The translations under genes and the position numbers were made by a program. The notes beneath the pieces were generated by a model. The model did no database searches. It worked only from the letters and a program-made list of their open reading frames with translations, and was not told the origin of the DNA. From positions 1 to 40,617 of the forward strand of contig JBDLWG010000426.1 of assembly GCA_039804385.1 (NCBI GenBank): a stretch of DNA of 40,617 bases. Reading direction: 5' to 3'. Positions 32,454 to 40,617 of the stretch are shown here, one piece after another. The stretch is from Bacteroidota bacterium. GTDB taxonomy: Bacteria; Bacteroidota; Bacteroidia; Chitinophagales; Saprospiraceae. Positions within the stretch are counted from its first letter, which is position 1. Every line of letters starts with the position of its first letter.

Positions 32454-33971
32454 CTAAATTGTTGTAAAATGTAAAATTTCCTCTACGTACTGTCGATGAT
32501 TTGCCAAACGCGGCACTTTATGTTGCCCACCATATTTGCCTTTCGACGATAACCATCGATGAAAAGTGCCTTTCGGCAACGATTGCAAGGCTAACCTATC
32601 CATGGCTAACCCTTTAAACCGCTTGGCTTCATAATCAGAGTTGACTTTTTGCAAATTATTGTCTAATAGATTATTAAAAGTTTCAATATCAGTGGAAGGC
32701 TCTCTATCAAATTCCACTAACCATTGATGCCCGCCTTTCCCATGATTGCTAAAATAAATCGGTGCAACCGTGTATTCCGCAACCAACGCGCCCGTACTAC
32801 GACAGGTTTCTGCCAATGCAATATCCGTGTTGGAAACCATGACTTCTTCGCCAAAAGCGTTGACAAATTGATTGGTACGCCCCGAAACTTTGATTTTAAA
32901 AGGGAATTTGCTCGTAAATTGAACGGAATCGCCTGGCGTATAACGCCACAAACCTGCATTCGTCGTAATCACGATGGCATAATTTTTCCCAATTTCCACG
33001 GATTCCATGGGAATCGAGATTGGAAAGGGTTTTTCCCACTCGCTTTCGGGCAGAAATTCGTAATAAACGCCGTTATCGCAATACAATAACATATCATTTG
33101 CGCCATTTTCGCATTGTCCTGCGAAGAAACCTTCTGACGCATTATAATTCTCCCAATATATAAAATCTTCTTTTGGAATGAATTGTTTAAATTGTTCCCG
33201 ATACGGCTCAAAACTAACGCCGCCATGTCCATAACCTTGCAAATTAGGCCAGACTTCTAAAATATGAGCTTTTCCTGTCAATTCTAAAATGCGCCGCAAT
33301 AAAACCACTGTCCAAGTCGGCACACCGCCGATAATGCGCATATCCACTTTCGATAAGGCGTGCGCCATTTGTTCGATTTTGGATTCCGTATTAGGTTGTA
33401 GCGCGATTTCGAGGCTTGGGACGTATATATATTGTCCCACAGTCGGCATTTCGCCCAACATAATAGCTGAAACATCCCCCAATTTCGTCGCAGGAAAAGG
33501 CTCGAACGGTTGCAAACTGCCACCCATTAACAACATTTTCCCATCAAAAAAGGTCAAATTTGGATTTTTATCATACAATAAAGTCATACTATCCCATCCG
33601 CCTTTCAAATGTCCGCCGCGCAAGTTTTGGCGCGTCACGGGGATAAATTTGCTTTTATCGCTTGTCGTGCCGCTTGATTTTGCAAAAAAAGGCACTTGCC
33701 CCGTCCATAAAACATCGCGTTCACCATGCATCATGCGGGCAATGTCGCCTTTGAGCGTCTCATAATTTTGCACAGGTATCCGTTCTGCAAAGGTCTTGGA
33801 AGACTTAATGGATTGAAAATCAAAACGTTGTCCCCATTCCGTATGCCGATTCTGATTTAAAAACTGACGCAACAATTGTTGTTGCGTTTCGATGGGCTGT
33901 GCAGACCATTTGCGAATTTCGCGCATGCGCCATTGAAAAATGGAACGCATCGTAGAGTTGAGCCAAGCCAT
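32454..33971 (-). CDS. GH3 family (acyl-acid amido synthetase-like) protein
   Basis: SSGTTSDKSKFIPVT adenylation motif. Length and N-terminus are typical of bacterial GH3 auxin-responsive-promoter family proteins. Confidence 0.8.
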   Translation of the reverse strand: MAWLNSTMRSIFQWRMREIRKWSAQPIETQQQLLRQFLNQNRHTEWGQRFDFQSIKSSKTFAERIPVQNYETLKGDIARMMHGERDVLWTGQVPFFAKSSGTTSDKSKFIPVTRQNLRGGHLKGGWDSMTLLYDKNPNLTFFDGKMLLMGGSLQPFEPFPATKLGDVSAIMLGEMPTVGQYIYVPSLEIALQPNTESKIEQMAHALSKVDMRIIGGVPTWTVVLLRRILELTGKAHILEVWPNLQGYGHGGVSFEPYREQFKQFIPKEDFIYWENYNASEGFFAGQCENGANDMLLYCDNGVYYEFLPESEWEKPFPISIPMESVEIGKNYAIVITTNAGLWRYTPGDSVQFTSKFPFKIKVSGRTNQFVNAFGEEVMVSNTDIALAETCRSTGALVAEYTVAPIYFSNHGKGGHQWLVEFDREPSTDIETFNNLLDNNLQKVNSDYEAKRFKGLAMDRLALQSLPKGTFHRWLSSKGKYGGQHKVPRLANHRQYVEEILHFTTI

Positions 33972-34109
33972 GTTCAGATAGTTTTGTTTTAAAACATTGG
34001 TTGCGATATAGTTACTGTTAAAAAAACATTTAAAGGTAAATCGAAAGTTTTAATTTCCAAAAATTATTTATCTTTCGGGATTATTTTTTTTAGAATCAAA
34101 TCCTAAGCA

Positions 34110-34562
34110 ATGAAAATTTCTTTTAAAATCAATGGTCAAGAGACGACACTTGATGTGGATCCGCAAATGCCTTTGTTGTGGGCGGTGCGCGACGAACTCA
34201 AATTGACCGCCACTAAATATGGTTGTGGCAAGGCATTATGCGGGGCGTGTACGCTGCATGTCGATGGTGACATGTTGCGTTCTTGTTCAATACCAATTGA
34301 ATACGCATCTGGAAAAAATGTAACAACATTGGAAGGTTTGCCCGAATCGCATCCTGTCAAACAGGCTTGGATGGAGTTGCAAGTGCCGCAATGTGGCTAT
34401 TGTCAACCTGGTTTTATGATGGCAGCTGCCCATTTTTTGCAAATCCATCCCAATCCGACGGATGCGGATATTCAAACCAATATTACCAATATTTGTCGTT
34501 GTGGTACGCAATCGCGCATTTTGAAGGCGGTGAAACGGGCAGCAGAACTTTCTAAAAAATAA
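34110..34562 (+). CDS. (2Fe-2S)-binding small subunit of a molybdenum hydroxylase (IorA-like)
   Basis: CGKALCGACT and CGYCQPG cluster motifs. 150 aa. Confidence 0.85.
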   Translation: MKISFKINGQETTLDVDPQMPLLWAVRDELKLTATKYGCGKALCGACTLHVDGDMLRSCSIPIEYASGKNVTTLEGLPESHPVKQAWMELQVPQCGYCQPGFMMAAAHFLQIHPNPTDADIQTNITNICRCGTQSRILKAVKRAAELSKK

Positions 34563-34572
34563 GAATTGAATC

Positions 34573-36738
34573 ATGACAGAGGATAAAAAAATAAATTCGC
34601 GCCGCAACTTTTTGAAACGCGGAGCGATTGTATTGGGCGGTTCGATGGTTGCAAGCTATTTGGGTTGCAATCCGATGCGTCGATTTGTGGCGCAAACGGC
34701 GGAAGGCATGGATTTACCTGCCGATATTTCGTCGTTTAATCCTGATTTCTGGTTTCAAATCCTGCCTGATAACCTTGTTTTGCTCAAATCTCCAAAAGTT
34801 GAGATGGGACAAGGCATTTTCACAGGTTACGCGATGATGGCGGCGGAAGAATTGAATGTTTCGATGGAGCAAATGCGTGTCGAACATGCGAATACCGCGA
34901 GTGGGATTGAGGACGCGTTAGGGACGGGCGGCAGTAATTCGACCCTTTCTTTGTTCAAACCCATTCGGGAAATGGCGGCAACGTTGCGCGAAATCTTAAA
35001 ATTGGGAGCCGCAGCGATTTGGAAAGTGCCTGTGACGCAAATTACCACCCAAAATGGCGTTTTGCAATCAGGTGCTCAAAAAATGACTTTTGCCGAATGC
35101 GTCGCTGCTACAAAAAAATGGACGATTCCCGAAACGCCTGCATTGAAACCTGCAAGTGAATTTAAATACATTGGAAAAGATGTCAAGCGTATTGATTTGA
35201 AAACCAAAGTAATGGGTACGGCTCAATACACGATTGACAGCCATTTTCCGAATATGGCTTATGCAACGATGTTGCCATGTCCCTATTTCAAGGCGACTTT
35301 GAAAACGGTGAATACCGCCGCCGCCGAAAAATCGCCTGATGTGTTGAAAGTGGTGCAAAAAGATGGTTGGGTCGCGGTGGTTGCCAAAACGCAATATGCA
35401 GCATTGTCGGCGGCGCAAAAACTCGAAGCCACTTGGGATGTGCCTCAAATGTTGCAACAAGCGGAATTAGAAGCCATGGTTACGGTCGGCAAAGGTACGG
35501 AAGTCAATGTTCAAAAAGTGGGCAATGCCAAATCCGTGTTGGAAAACGGTTCTGGAAAAGTGTATAAACAGGCTTTTCGCACTCCGTTTGGAACGCACGC
35601 GCCGATGGAAGTGAATGGAACAGTGGCACATGTGACGAAAGATATTGCGATTATTGTGTTGGGGACGCAACAACCAAGTATTACTAAATCATTGGTTGCC
35701 AAAGCATTAGGCATTAATAAAAAAATGGTTGATATTCAAATCCCTTTTTTAGGTGGTGGTTTTGGGCGCAAAGGCATGATGGGCAATGTGGTGGAAACCG
35801 CACAATTGTCACAAATCATGGGCAGACCTATCAAGATGATGTTTACGCGGGAACAAGAGTTTCAAAATTCTTTTTATCGTCCTTTGACGCACCATGTTTT
35901 GAGTGCCAAAATCGGCGAAAATGGTGATATTCAAGCGATTACACATGACCAAGCAACCCCTGATGAAGTATTGAAATTCGTCACAGGAAGTACGTTACCC
36001 TTGAAATTATTGGGCGCGGATTTCATTTCGGCAGGACACGGAGCCAGTTTGTTATACAATATTCCGAATAAATCAGCAACCGTTTGGGGAACGGAAATTC
36101 CAATGCCCGTAGGTATTTGGCGGGGAGTCGGGATGTATCCGAATACGTTTGCGGTTGAATCTTTTATGAATGAATTGGCGCACGAGACGAAAAAAGATGC
36201 TTTGGACTTCCGAATGGGCTTATTGACGGATGTAAAGGATTCGATTGCGCAACGCACCAAGAAAGTTTTGGAAGTTTTGAAAGAAAAAAGTGGTTGGACG
36301 ACTGCCAAACCTGCGGGCGTTGGACGGGGCGTTTCCATTGCCAATGACCGCAAAAGTATTGCAGGTTCGGCGGTAGAAGTGGCAATTGTGGAAGGCAAAA
36401 TCAAGGTTTTGCGGGTGACCCAAGTGTTAGATGTGGGCATGATTTTGAATCCAGAAGGCATTCGGTCGCAGATGGAAGGTTGTGTGATGATGGGCATTAG
36501 TGGCGCGTTGTACGAAGAAGTGACGGTCAAAGATAGTCAAGTTTCCATGAGCAATTTCCACGAATTTCCAATGGCAACTTTGGCGGATGTGCCTGATATT
36601 CAAACGATTATACTTGCGAATGCGCAGGAACCATACGGTGTAGGGGAACCACCACTCGCACCGATTGCTCCTGCGATTGCGGGTGCAATCTTGGATTTGA
36701 CAGGGAAAATGCTGCGACAATTGCCTTTGAAAATTTAA
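34573..36738 (+). CDS. molybdopterin-binding large subunit of aldehyde/isoquinoline oxidoreductase (IorB-like), Tat-exported
   Basis: Twin-arginine signal SRRNFLKRGA. Its size and pairing with the 2Fe-2S subunit fit. Has GGGFGRK and a C-terminal GVGEPP motif. Confidence 0.8.
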   Translation: MTEDKKINSRRNFLKRGAIVLGGSMVASYLGCNPMRRFVAQTAEGMDLPADISSFNPDFWFQILPDNLVLLKSPKVEMGQGIFTGYAMMAAEELNVSMEQMRVEHANTASGIEDALGTGGSNSTLSLFKPIREMAATLREILKLGAAAIWKVPVTQITTQNGVLQSGAQKMTFAECVAATKKWTIPETPALKPASEFKYIGKDVKRIDLKTKVMGTAQYTIDSHFPNMAYATMLPCPYFKATLKTVNTAAAEKSPDVLKVVQKDGWVAVVAKTQYAALSAAQKLEATWDVPQMLQQAELEAMVTVGKGTEVNVQKVGNAKSVLENGSGKVYKQAFRTPFGTHAPMEVNGTVAHVTKDIAIIVLGTQQPSITKSLVAKALGINKKMVDIQIPFLGGGFGRKGMMGNVVETAQLSQIMGRPIKMMFTREQEFQNSFYRPLTHHVLSAKIGENGDIQAITHDQATPDEVLKFVTGSTLPLKLLGADFISAGHGASLLYNIPNKSATVWGTEIPMPVGIWRGVGMYPNTFAVESFMNELAHETKKDALDFRMGLLTDVKDSIAQRTKKVLEVLKEKSGWTTAKPAGVGRGVSIANDRKSIAGSAVEVAIVEGKIKVLRVTQVLDVGMILNPEGIRSQMEGCVMMGISGALYEEVTVKDSQVSMSNFHEFPMATLADVPDIQTIILANAQEPYGVGEPPLAPIAPAIAGAILDLTGKMLRQLPLKI

Positions 36739-36834
36739 AGGTTTGAATTAGGATTTTTAGGGTTGTTTGGATTAAGGCAGGATTGAAATCCTATCTCAAT
36801 CCAAACAATCCTAAAAATCCTAATTCAAACCTTT
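36737..36834. repeat. inverted repeat, GAATTAGGATTTTTAGG family (copy d)
   Basis: AAAGGTTTGAATTAGGATTTTTAGGGTTGTTTGGATT ... AATCCAAACAATCCTAAAAATCCTAATTCAAACCTTT. It starts inside the iorB-like stop codon. Confidence 0.85.
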
Positions 36835-37306
36835 ATAGCAACTTAAATGATTTAAATATCATTTACAAACATTAACATATTATTAAAAACCTATCTCGCA
36901 TTATGGCGTTATCTTTGGACGCATGATGGAACAAGCTCGAACAAACAAAATAAGGCTCTATTCGATAAAGGTATTCCCTTTCTAAAATATCGATTCTTAC
37001 GACATAATCTTTTGGTTTTCAGCCAAATACACCTTCATTCGTGAATTATTTATTACAATTTTTCAATATATAATTTAAAAAAATCTTAAAAAAGAGGGTA
37101 CTTATTGTATTTATTTTCGTCTAAATCAAACAAAATAGGTATAATTTTGCAACCAATAATCGCTAAGAAAAATCCTCTTTTTGTATTTTTTTTGAAATAC
37201 CATTATTATTGACCTATATTATTTCAATCGCGGAAAAATAGTCATCCATATTTTTTTGTTGTGAGACAAAGAGGGGATTTGGGACTTTGAAACGCCAAAT
37301 TGCATT

Positions 37307-38191
37307 ATGAGTATGAAGAGTTTAATGTTAACAGCAGGCTTATTATTAAGCGGCATAAAAGTATGTATCGCGCCTGAGCAATCCCAAACGGGAGCGATAA
37401 GTGTGCCTGACCCCGCTGCTTCGGCATTGGATGAAGCGCGGAAATTGTTGCGCAAAGTGTATCCATTGGGCGCATTGGGCGAGATGGTGGGGCTTGACCC
37501 GACTTTTGAAAGCATGGTGGGCAACCCCGTCACGATGACTCGCGACCAAGTGCGGAGTTATTTGGCTGCGGTGAATATCCAAGAAGCAGATTTAGGTGGG
37601 AATCTGGATATGGCTGTGAGCAGTACGTCGGAAGGGAGTCAAGCGAAATATTTTGTGATTCATGATACCAGTTTTCCGACTTATGGGAATAAAAGTTTGC
37701 CGAGCGAAATCAATTCAGCGTCTTGGCAATTCAATAATTTCCGTCAATGGCGGAATAATAAAGTGACACATGCTTTTGTGAATCGAATGGGTGAATCCAT
37801 TACCGTAACCGATTTTAGTCAAGGCGTGATGGCGACCAAATACGAAATTCGCATGTTGGAAGAAGCCAAATCAAAAGGATTGTTTATACATATTGAGTTG
37901 ATACAGCCGCGTCACCGCGATAAACGGTATTGGAAAGGCAATGATATTGCTTCGCCAACGCCTGGTTTTACGGATGGGCAATATCGTCGATTGGCATTGT
38001 TGTACATCACGGCGAGCGTCCGCAAAGGCAGCTGGTTGATTCCTGGTTTCCACTCGTGTGTGGATCACGGGATTCGCAACAAGCATGATGACCCACAAGG
38101 TTTTGAATTGGACAAATGGATGCGGGCGTTATTGACAACGGTATCGGATATTTCCAAACCAACAGCAGCAAAGACAGGTTCTCCAAAATAA
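37307..38191 (+). CDS. secreted N-acetylmuramoyl-L-alanine amidase-like (Amidase_2/PGRP-like) protein
   Basis: Signal peptide. The YFVIHDTSFP, THAFVNR and FIHIELIQP segments resemble the Zn-amidase_2 fold pattern. Call is by resemblance only. Confidence 0.45.
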   Translation: MSMKSLMLTAGLLLSGIKVCIAPEQSQTGAISVPDPAASALDEARKLLRKVYPLGALGEMVGLDPTFESMVGNPVTMTRDQVRSYLAAVNIQEADLGGNLDMAVSSTSEGSQAKYFVIHDTSFPTYGNKSLPSEINSASWQFNNFRQWRNNKVTHAFVNRMGESITVTDFSQGVMATKYEIRMLEEAKSKGLFIHIELIQPRHRDKRYWKGNDIASPTPGFTDGQYRRLALLYITASVRKGSWLIPGFHSCVDHGIRNKHDDPQGFELDKWMRALLTTVSDISKPTAAKTGSPK

Positions 38192-38240
38192 AAAGCGAAT
38201 TAGAAACGCCTACGGAAAAACTTTTAAAATAATATATAAT

Positions 38241-38397
38241 TAAAAAAGGAGGACTTACGTAAAGTCCCCCTTTTTTAATTATATACGATTTAAAAAAGGG
38301 GACTTTACGTAAGTCCAAATTAAAAAGAGGGACTTACGTAAAGTCCCCTTTTTTTAATAATATACGATTTAAAAAAGGGGACTTACGTAAAGTCCCC
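38241..38397. repeat. two 80-bp tandem repeats carrying four GGGGACTT(T)ACGTAA(A)GTCCCC hairpins
   Basis: The hairpin cores lie at 38251-38267, 38298-38316, 38327-38348 and 38377-38397. Two are flanked by A-runs and T-runs. They sit between convergent genes and end 6 nt before the stop codon at 38404. Confidence 0.85.
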
Positions 38398-38403
38398 GAC
38401 GGA

Positions 38404-40617
38404 TTAATGCTGTATTACGACTTTGCCATAGGTGCGTTGTTGATTGGCTTGATTCAAAATATGTATCATATAAACACCTGATTGCCAATTTTTTGTATCT
38501 AAATCCACCTCTCCGCTTGCGTCCAATGATTGAACCCTTTTGCCCACCGCATCGAAGATATTGACCTTATAGGTTGCCCCTTGTTTCAATTCCAATCGGA
38601 AAAAGTCATTGGCAGGATTGGGATATAATTTCACGTTGGAAATATCGGCTGCTGTTTTATCCATATAGACCGTTGCTTCAGGCAACCAACCAAAATCGTT
38701 CCGCGCTAAACCGCCCGGAATCCCATTCCCGCCAACCACCATCACGCGAGCAACATCCACCATGTGTTTGACCACTGCATTTGCCGTATCGCGTACCGTT
38801 TGCGATAAGCGGGCAATGGGTACCAATAGATTTTCAGCCGCATTCAACTCCTGATTGCGCAGCCGATTCAAGGCTGCATCTTGTTGGATTTTAACATTTC
38901 GATACTGACCATCGGCGAAAACGATGGTATTTTGTGCCATGAGGTCCGTTTGTTGATTGTTTTCAGGAGAACGCAAGGTCAAACCACCACAATTTTGAAT
39001 CGACCCATGATTGGGGTCTGTAATCACGGCTCCATTCCACCAATTCGGTTCGTTGATGTGCAAATTGCCAGTCCAAGGGGTTGCAGCACTGCCTGTACAC
39101 GTCGTTTGCCGAAACGACCAATACGGATTAACGGTGGCATTACTTGGAACGAAACCACTCCAGTAACTGCCCTGCAACCATAAATCACTTGGATTACGGC
39201 ATTTGAAAGTGGATTCAAAAAAGCGGCTGTCGGTTGGCAAAAAGGAATTTCGAGTGAACAGATTCGTTCTGCCGCCGCGTGCATACATGTTGAATAAAAT
39301 ATCGTCCCCGCGAATCGCCGTTAAATTATCCAACATCCGGGCGCAATCCATATAAATCATTCCCCAATCTAAACCATAGGCATTGTTGACTCCGCCATTT
39401 AAGTGAATGCCCGTTGCACACGTTTGAATGCTGGCATGGTCATACATCGTAATATTGTGATTCCAACTTTCGGTTGCTTGAATGCCTGTTTCATACTTAT
39501 CAATCAAACTATTATCGTATAATTCGGTGTGAACGACATTTTTAACCTTGACCGCAGTACCTGTGTAATTGCCGCGCATCGTTGTAATATTATGAATATC
39601 AACCCAATACGCATATGAAACATCCAGCCCGCCACCATTAACAGTACAATGATTTAATTCCACGATGAAAGCCCGTTCCGCCCGAATCACATTGGCATTG
39701 AGAAACGTGCATGTGAGAAACCGAACATTCACGCGTTGATTGGCGGGTCCCCAGCCGTATTCTCTGGGAGCCGTTCGATTGGCAGGTTCTTTGAGTTCGA
39801 CGGCAATCGCTGAATTTAAGAAGGTGCAATTGTTAAAAACAAACTCGTTTTGTTCGGGTCCGTCCAAGTAGATAAATCGGCTCGGTCCCGTCGAATAATC
39901 ATCAAACGTAACGTAACTCGCCCGAATGCCGCCCGTTTTGCGCACGATGATGTGATTCGGTGTATTGCCAACGTAACCCGCTTCGCGCTCGACTAAACCA
40001 TTTTCAAGGGTCAAGGTGCGGGCATCTGGGATGATAATGCTTGCTTCGCGGGCAATTTGAATCATGCGTTGGCTCGGATGCGTGCCATTGACGCGCCAAT
40101 CAGTGTTCATGGTCAGTACATTATCCTTCTCGAAACGGATGTAGCCCGTGCCTGAGAGATTCGGTTGACCGTTGATGACCAACTCGCCGCCTGCTTGAAT
40201 GGTGATAATGCCATTATTGGCAATATTGGAACCTGCTTCGAGTATTAATTTGCCTCCATTTTCCACTATGATTTTAGACGCATTATTTAATTGTACACTA
40301 CCGCCTGCTCGAATTGTAATGCTGCTACCAGCAGTGACGTGTAAAACACCCTCCCGTGAATTATCACCTAATCGCAATTGACCACCATTTTCAATGAAAA
40401 TATTAGCTCCACAATTCGATGTTTTGACTACAAAAGTACTTGAAACGGTATTATCCTGATTCAAATAGCCAGTCGCACCCGTTTGATTGATTACTAAACT
40501 CCCTCCATTTACAACACTTAGGCTATTGAGTAAATTTCTGTATTTACCAAAATTATACACAGCACCATTATTATTGGGCAAAGTACCCACTAATTCAAAA
40601 GCCCGATTCGCTTCACT
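38404..40617 (-). CDS. secreted right-handed beta-helix protein with T9SS C-terminal sorting domain (5' end outside the window)
   Basis: Repetitive NGG/xNGGxL turns (ENGGQLRLG, ENGGKLILEAGSNI, QAGGELVING). The C-terminus is KLYPNPANDFFRLEL...GVYMIHIL...GKVVIQH. The reading frame stays open to the window edge, so the GTG at 40590 is probably not the start. Confidence 0.7.
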   Translation of the reverse strand, partial: SEANRAFELVGTLPNNNGAVYNFGKYRNLLNSLSVVNGGSLVINQTGATGYLNQDNTVSSTFVVKTSNCGANIFIENGGQLRLGDNSREGVLHVTAGSSITIRAGGSVQLNNASKIIVENGGKLILEAGSNIANNGIITIQAGGELVINGQPNLSGTGYIRFEKDNVLTMNTDWRVNGTHPSQRMIQIAREASIIIPDARTLTLENGLVEREAGYVGNTPNHIIVRKTGGIRASYVTFDDYSTGPSRFIYLDGPEQNEFVFNNCTFLNSAIAVELKEPANRTAPREYGWGPANQRVNVRFLTCTFLNANVIRAERAFIVELNHCTVNGGGLDVSYAYWVDIHNITTMRGNYTGTAVKVKNVVHTELYDNSLIDKYETGIQATESWNHNITMYDHASIQTCATGIHLNGGVNNAYGLDWGMIYMDCARMLDNLTAIRGDDILFNMYARGGRTNLFTRNSFLPTDSRFFESTFKCRNPSDLWLQGSYWSGFVPSNATVNPYWSFRQTTCTGSAATPWTGNLHINEPNWWNGAVITDPNHGSIQNCGGLTLRSPENNQQTDLMAQNTIVFADGQYRNVKIQQDAALNRLRNQELNAAENLLVPIARLSQTVRDTANAVVKHMVDVARVMVVGGNGIPGGLARNDFGWLPEATVYMDKTAADISNVKLYPNPANDFFRLELKQGATYKVNIFDAVGKRVQSLDASGEVDLDTKNWQSGVYMIHILNQANQQRTYGKVVIQH

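Noticed and set aside
9931-33971. Apparent 'plant-hormone' theme: ACC-synthase-like aminotransferase (9931-11259), LOG cytokinin-activating family (24646-25407) and GH3 auxin-conjugating family (32454-33971)
   Set aside because: The three genes are dispersed, on different strands and in unrelated contexts. All three families are widespread in Bacteroidota with non-hormone roles, so this is coincidence rather than a pathway cluster.

Overview
This looks like a Bacteroidota chromosomal segment. The evidence is three secreted proteins with T9SS-type C-terminal sorting domains, a GH3-family gene, many lipoproteins and no Shine-Dalgarno-dependent spacing. Most genes are housekeeping or envelope functions: purD, purA, fur, rnpA, rpmH (missed by the ORF track), a UvrD/PcrA helicase, an ECF sigma/anti-sigma pair, PhoD, a LOG-family protein, a rhomboid protease and IorAB-type molybdenum oxidoreductase subunits.

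The accessory part is a visibly AT-rich stretch on the minus strand between about 7.3 and 14.4 kb. It holds two conflict-system cassettes, both spliced tightly between housekeeping genes.

1. 13275-14324, 13042-13272 and 11264-13042 form a translationally coupled three-gene cassette. It encodes an effector-like protein, a 76-aa adaptor and a coiled-coil ABC/SMC-like ATPase. The architecture matches the computationally predicted ABC-3C systems and parallels Lamassu/DdmABC. This is my best candidate for a functionally uncharacterised defence system.
2. 8044-9201 and 7349-8047 form an AbiL/RloA-RloB-like pair, an AAA ATPase plus an RloB/Toprim-like protein. It sits between fur and purA.

A class II Fic protein lies nearby. 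No integrase, transposase, tRNA, rRNA or CRISPR array is visible.

The intergenic DNA is unusually structured. It contains at least four families of palindromic REP-like elements, almost all placed at gene 3' ends, plus a cluster of three perfect DnaA boxes. There is also a secreted fusion of cytochrome c, a PHM-like copper monooxygenase and a T9SS sorting domain. All functional calls come from motif recognition by eye; no database search was run.
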